64,000 nucleotides of DNA from Macrostomum lignano. Lineage: Eukaryota. The notes under the pieces are model-generated. The model did not search any database and was not told the DNA's origin. It saw only the letters and a program-made list of their open reading frames with translations. The position numbers were made by a program, and so were the translations under genes. The stretch is taken from positions 124,001-188,000 of the forward strand of contig NIVC01001573.1 in assembly GCA_002269645.1 (NCBI GenBank). The letters run 5' to 3'. The stretch's first letter is position 1, and every line of letters begins with the position of its first letter. Positions 58,934 through 64,000 of this stretch are shown piece by piece.

Positions 58934-60274
58934 TTAGTCAATAACGGAGTAGCCAATGGAGGCCGTGTTCCGGAACCGCTGCTCGCAGGCAAAGAAACTG
59001 ATTGTTCCAAAGCAGCCGAACACAACTAGAAGCAGCAGCTGCCACTGCATCAACAGGTAAGTGCTGTAGAAAAACGCAATCGAAGCGGCCGCTGACTGGA
59101 AGAACTTAAACAAGGCGAAGGCCGGGGCGCTCTGGCTGGGGTACACGCAGCCCAGCACAGAGATCAGCTGCGTGTTGTAGCAAGCGTCACCGAAGCCCAG
59201 AAGGAAGGCACCGACCAGAGCCGCGGCCGGGTTCGCCTGCAGAAAGTAGATTCGCCCCGACGTATCTCGAATCGGAGAGTCCATCGGCAGATTCACAAAG
59301 GCCAGGTAGAAAGTGCAGGTGTGAACCAGGTAGCCCAGCAACACAACCGGGTCTCTGCCGAACTTATTGGTAAATGTACCCAAGATGCTAAACAGGAAAC
59401 CGGCCAAGATCTCCCCAGCTGCGATGGCGATTCCCGATTGGCCAATCAGGCTGCTCACGCTGTCACCAAACTGACGGGTGTGGTGCAGCATCGTGCCGTA
59501 CACACCGGACATGAAGGTGAGCTCAAGCCCGCTGTAGATGAAGGTGCTGATCAGCAGCTGCATTGGGGTGTCCCTCAGCAGCTGCACTGACTGGCGCAGA
59601 GTGTTCACCACGATACTCGAAGCCGACGGTCGGTCCAGCGTAGCCAAGTCGGCATTCACTGATGCGTCGATGTCATCGTCATCTGACTGAGCAGTTCTGC
59701 TCCGGAAAAGTAGCATGAAAGCGCTGCCGCAGCAGCCCACGATCGTCAGAATGAGGAACAGTTTCCATCGGTCATCAGAGCTGATCTCGGGCTTGCCGCT
59801 GAATGACAGCGTGACGTACAGATTGCCCCAGAGGAGGCTGGTCTGGAAGATCGCCCAGAACAGACCGCTGTTGCGACCCATGGTTTCAGAACTCGAATTG
59901 GCGGTGAGAAAAGCGCCCTGAGCTGTCCAAATCACAGCTGCAGCGATCCCTAGCAACACAGACCCGAGATAGAGACTCCACAGAGCGGGGCGCAGGAAGG
60001 AAGCGCAGAATGCGTTGTAAATCAAGGCCGATGCAATCATGGACACCTTGGCGCCTAGCAAAGCAACAATCATTGGCGAGATCCAGTTGAACACAGCGAA
60101 CACCAGGTAGATTATGGACAAAGACTTGTAGCCGGCACCAGTGAAATCTTGTCCAGTATCATTCTGAGCAGCCTCGAGTACCGACTCCTCCAGCATGCCG
60201 GTAGTTTGGAACGCGGTGAAGACCAGCATGAAGCTCAGACTGAGAGTTAAAATGTTGAGCAGAGCCCAGTTCAT
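58934..60274 (-). CDS. MFSD11: UNC-93-like MFS membrane protein (MFSD11-like), single exon, 446 aa
   Basis: Continuous ORF; motifs FMLVFTAFQT, G.GY.SL.IIY.VF, LGIAAAVIWTAQG, GRNSG.FWA..Q.SL..GNLY, GFGDACYNTQ and AFALFKFFQS match MFSD11 as I recall it. Start placed at ATG 60272-60274. Confidence 0.92.
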   Translation of the reverse strand: MNWALLNILTLSLSFMLVFTAFQTTGMLEESVLEAAQNDTGQDFTGAGYKSLSIIYLVFAVFNWISPMIVALLGAKVSMIASALIYNAFCASFLRPALWSLYLGSVLLGIAAAVIWTAQGAFLTANSSSETMGRNSGLFWAIFQTSLLWGNLYVTLSFSGKPEISSDDRWKLFLILTIVGCCGSAFMLLFRSRTAQSDDDDIDASVNADLATLDRPSASSIVVNTLRQSVQLLRDTPMQLLISTFIYSGLELTFMSGVYGTMLHHTRQFGDSVSSLIGQSGIAIAAGEILAGFLFSILGTFTNKFGRDPVVLLGYLVHTCTFYLAFVNLPMDSPIRDTSGRIYFLQANPAAALVGAFLLGFGDACYNTQLISVLGCVYPSQSAPAFALFKFFQSAAASIAFFYSTYLLMQWQLLLLVVFGCFGTISFFACEQRFRNTASIGYSVID

Positions 60275-60781
60275 GTTGGCTTTGTGTCTGCAATGTAGAT
60301 GCGCATTTTGACATTTCATTCAATCGAGGTTAGCGGCTTTCAATCAAAGAGAAATATCTATTCGTAACAAAATCTTCAAGAAATAATTCCGAAAGCCAGA
60401 TGAAGTCGTGTGTAAATATCTAAAAAAACGAGCGCATTCTACGCAATCAAAAGACATCTTCTGCTAAATCAGATTCGTTAGTGGAGAAACATTGTTCATG
60501 TTTCTGATGATGATTCACTGGCTCAACAGACTATAGGTAAACGCATACTTAAAAAAATCTCTGTCGATGTAAATATTTTTAGTGGAAAGACAAAAAACAC
60601 AATATTCAATATATCAGTACTTAGTTTACTAAAAAAGCATATACGATAAAAAAGTAAATTATTTAAAAAATCATAATACTGCATGTTACGACTGTTCAGC
60701 TGACAGGCAAGCCTTTCCTTCCAAGCCAAGCGTCTTATGGCCAATGTGATCTGTCAGTAGAAATTTTACGTCAACCCAAAT

Positions 60782-61252
60782 TTACGGTAGAAATTTCTGG
60801 CGCATGGTTTTGGAGTTGGAATTCTGAGTAACAAAGACCCCTTGAGCTGTCCCGATCACTGCGGCAGCGATCCCCAGCAACACAGATCCAAGGCAGAGGC
60901 TCCACAGAGCAGGGCACAGGAACGAAGTGCAGAATGCGTTGTAAACCAAGGCCGATACAGTCATGGACACCTTGGCGCCAAATACGGTCACGATTATTGG
61001 CGAGATCCAGTTGAGCACGGCGAACACCAGGTAGATAAAGGACAAGGACCTGTACCCATATCCAGTGAAATCTTGACCGGTTTCCCTCTGAGCAGCCTCG
61101 AGCACCGACTCCTCCAGCATGCCGGTGGTTTGGAAGGCTGTGAAGACCAGCATGAAGCTCAGGCTGAGAATTACAATGGTAATTAGAGGCCTGCCCATTC
61201 CGGCCTTCGATCTGGAAGGCATTTTATCATGAAGTTTAAATTGGATGCTCAT
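60782..61252 (-). pseudogene. 3'-truncated tandem duplicate of the MFSD11-like gene
   Basis: Aligns closely to the intact copy up to ...TM (ACCATG), then diverges and stops (RQKFLP*). No remainder is found before the intact copy. Confidence 0.78.
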
Positions 61253-61434
61253 AATTGTGATTTTGTTTGACTGTTCTAAATTCGCTACGAGTACAACTGA
61301 ATTATCAATTTGCTGAACATGGCTTCTCTAAATTGCGAGGCTAAGACTGATCATGGAATGGATTTTTGAAACGCTGTGTACTGGAAATTTTTATGGTAAA
61401 ATAAGTCACAATTTTGTAAGGAATTCACGGGCAA

Positions 61435-64000
61435 TTTTGTGAGATGCTAGAGGCAGTTTTGTGAGAGATGTTACTGGCAGTTTTGTGAGAGATGCTACTG
61501 GCAGTTTTGTGAGAGATGCTACTGGCAGTTTTGTGAGAGATGTTACTGGCAGTTTTGTGAGATGCTACTGGCAGTTTTGTGAGATGCTACTGGCAGTTTT
61601 GTGAGAGATGTTACTGGCAGTTTTGTGAGATGTTACTGGCAGTTTTGTGAGATGTTACTGGCAGTTTTGTGAGATGTCACTGGCAGTTTTGTGAGATGCC
61701 ACTGGCAGTTTTGTGTGAGATGTTACTGGCAGTTTTGTGAGGAGCTACAGGCAGTTTCGTGAGATGCTACAGGCATTTTTGTGAGAGATGCCACTGGCAG
61801 TTTTGTGAGATCCCACTGGCAGTTTTTTAAGATGCCACTGGCAGTTTTTTGAGATGCCACTGGCAGTTTTGTGAGATGCTACAGGCAGTTTTGTGAGAGA
61901 TGCTACAGGCAGTTTTGTGAGAGATGTTACTGGCAGTTTTGTGAGGAGCTACAGGCAGTTTCGTGAGATGCTACAGGCATTTTTGTGAGAGATGCCACTG
62001 GCAGTTTTGTGAGATCCCACTGGCAGTTTTTTGAGATGCCACTGGCAGTTTTGTGAGATGCTACAGGCAGTTTTGTGAGAGATGCTACAGGCAGTTTTGT
62101 GAATTGTGAGATGCTACTGGCAGTTTCGTGAGATGCTACAGGCAGTTTTGTGAATTGTGAGATGCTACTGGCAGTTTTGTGAATTGTGAGATGCTACTGG
62201 CAGTTTTGTGAATTGTGAGATGCTACTGGCAGTTTTGTGAATTGTGAGATGCTACTGGCAGTTTTGTGAATTGTGAGATGCTACTGGCAGTTTTGTGAAT
62301 TGTGAGATGCTACTGGCAGTTTTGTGAGATGCCACTGGCATTTTTTTGAGATGCAACTGGCAGTTTTGTGTGAGATGCAACTGGCAGTTTTGTGAGATGC
62401 TACTGGCAGTTTTGTGAGATGCTACTGGCAGTTTTGTGAGATGCCACTGGCAGTTTTGTGAGATGCTACAGGCAGTTTTGTGAGGAGCTACAGGCAGTTT
62501 CGTGAGATGCTACAGGCATTTTTGTGAGAGATGCCACTGGCAGTTTTGTGAGATCCCACTGGCAGTTTTTTGAGATGCCACTGGCAGTTTTGTGAGATGC
62601 TACAGGCAGTTTTGTGAGAGATGCTACAGGCAGTTTTGTGAATTGTGAGATGCTACTGGCAGTTTCGTGAGATGCTACAGGCAGTTTTGTGAATTGTGAG
62701 ATGCTACTGGCAGTTTTGTGAATTGTGAGATGCTACTGGCAGTTTTGTGAATTCTGAGATGCTACTGGCAGTTTCGTGAATTGTGAGATGCTACTGGCAG
62801 TTTTGTGAATTGTGAGATGCTACTGGCAGTTTTGTGAATTGTGAGATGCTACTGGCAGTTTAGTGAATTGTGAGATGCTACTGGCAGTTTTGTGAGATGC
62901 CACTGGCATTTTTTTGAGATGCAACTGGCAGTTTTGTGTGAGATGCAACTGGCAGTTTTGTGAGATGCCACTGGCAGTTTTGTGAGATGCTACAGGCAGT
63001 TTTGTGAGAGATGCTACAGGCAGTTTTGTGAATTGTGAGATGCTACTGGCAGTTTTGTGAATTGTGAGATGCTACTGGCAGTTTGTGAATTGTGAGATGC
63101 TACTGGCAGTTTTGTGAATTGTGAGATGCTACTGGCAGTTTTGTGAATTGTGAGATGCTACTGGCAGTTTTGTGAATTGTGAGATGCTACTGGCAGTTTT
63201 GTGAATTGTGAGATGCTACTGGCAGTTTTGTGAGATGCTACTGGCAGTTTTGTGAGATGCCACTGGCAGTTTTGTGAGATGCTACAGGCAGTTTTGTGAG
63301 GAGCTACAGGCAGTTTCGTGAGATGCTACAGGCATTTTTGTGAGAGATGCCACTGGCAGTTTTGTGAGATCCCACTGGCAGTTTTTTGAGATGCCACTGG
63401 CAGTTTTGTGAGATGCTACAGGAAGTTTTGTGAGAGATGCTACAGGCAGTTTTGCGAATTGTGAGATGCTACTGGCAGTTTCGTGAGATGCTACAGGCAG
63501 TTTTGTGAATTGTGAGATGCTACTGGCAGTTTTGTGAATTGTGAGATGCTACTGGCAGTTTTGTGAATTGTGAGATGCTACTGGCAGTTTCGTGAGATGC
63601 CACTGGCATTTTTTTGAGATGCAACTGGCAGTTTTGTGTGAGATGCAACTGGCAGTTTTGTGAGATGCCACTGGCAGTTTTGTGAGATGCTACAGGCAGT
63701 TTTGTGAGAGATGCTACAGGCAGTTTTGTGAATTGTGAGATGCTACTGGCAGTTTTGTGAATTGTGAGATGCTACTGGCAGTTTTGTGAATTGTGAGATG
63801 CTACTGGCAGTTTTGTGAATTGTGAGATGCTACTGGCAGTTTTGTGAATTGTGAGATGCTACTGGCAGTTTTGTGAATTGTGAGATGCTACTGGCAGTTT
63901 TGTGAATTGTGAGATGCTACTGGCAGTTTTGTGAATTGTGAGATGCTACTGGCAGTTTTGTGAATTGTGAGATGCTACTGGCAGTTTTGTGAGATGCCAC
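61435..64000. repeat. Compound minisatellite of 20-29-bp variants (TGGCAGTTTTGTGAGATGCTAC) with recurring higher-order blocks; runs off the window
   Basis: Direct. Confidence 0.95.

Noticed and set aside
819-64000. Regular repeats resembling CRISPR arrays
   Set aside because: Units are contiguous with no unique spacers, no cas genes are present, and the context is eukaryotic with spliceosomal introns

Overview
Eukaryotic (animal) genomic DNA with GC-rich exons and introns that each tend to hold their own minisatellite. This style, plus an anion-type nAChR subunit, suggests a free-living flatworm such as Macrostomum (inference, not verified). Genes assembled by hand from GT-AG sites with phase checks: the 3' part of an Ala/Gln-rich gene (+, to 3541); a ~1700-aa multi-zinc-finger protein (-, 7162-26208) with a four-fold repeated ~100-aa extended C2H2 module; an ANKDD1-like ankyrin/death-domain gene (+, 29178-39339); a tandem cluster of secreted PAN/apple + fibrinogen-domain genes (-; one intact, one nearly complete, one pseudogene); a Pro-Ala (anion-type) nicotinic receptor subunit (-, 47822-56576); and an intronless MFSD11/UNC-93-like gene with a truncated tandem duplicate. 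Mobile DNA includes two inverted tRNA-headed CORE-SINE copies, a decayed RTE-like LINE fragment and a MITE-like remnant. The most unusual signal is in the repeats. Many separate minisatellites share cores (GATCAGGG and GGGGCGATTCTC), they abut splice sites, and in one case they flank an exon in inverted orientation. Most long ORFs in the supplied track are artefacts of these arrays.
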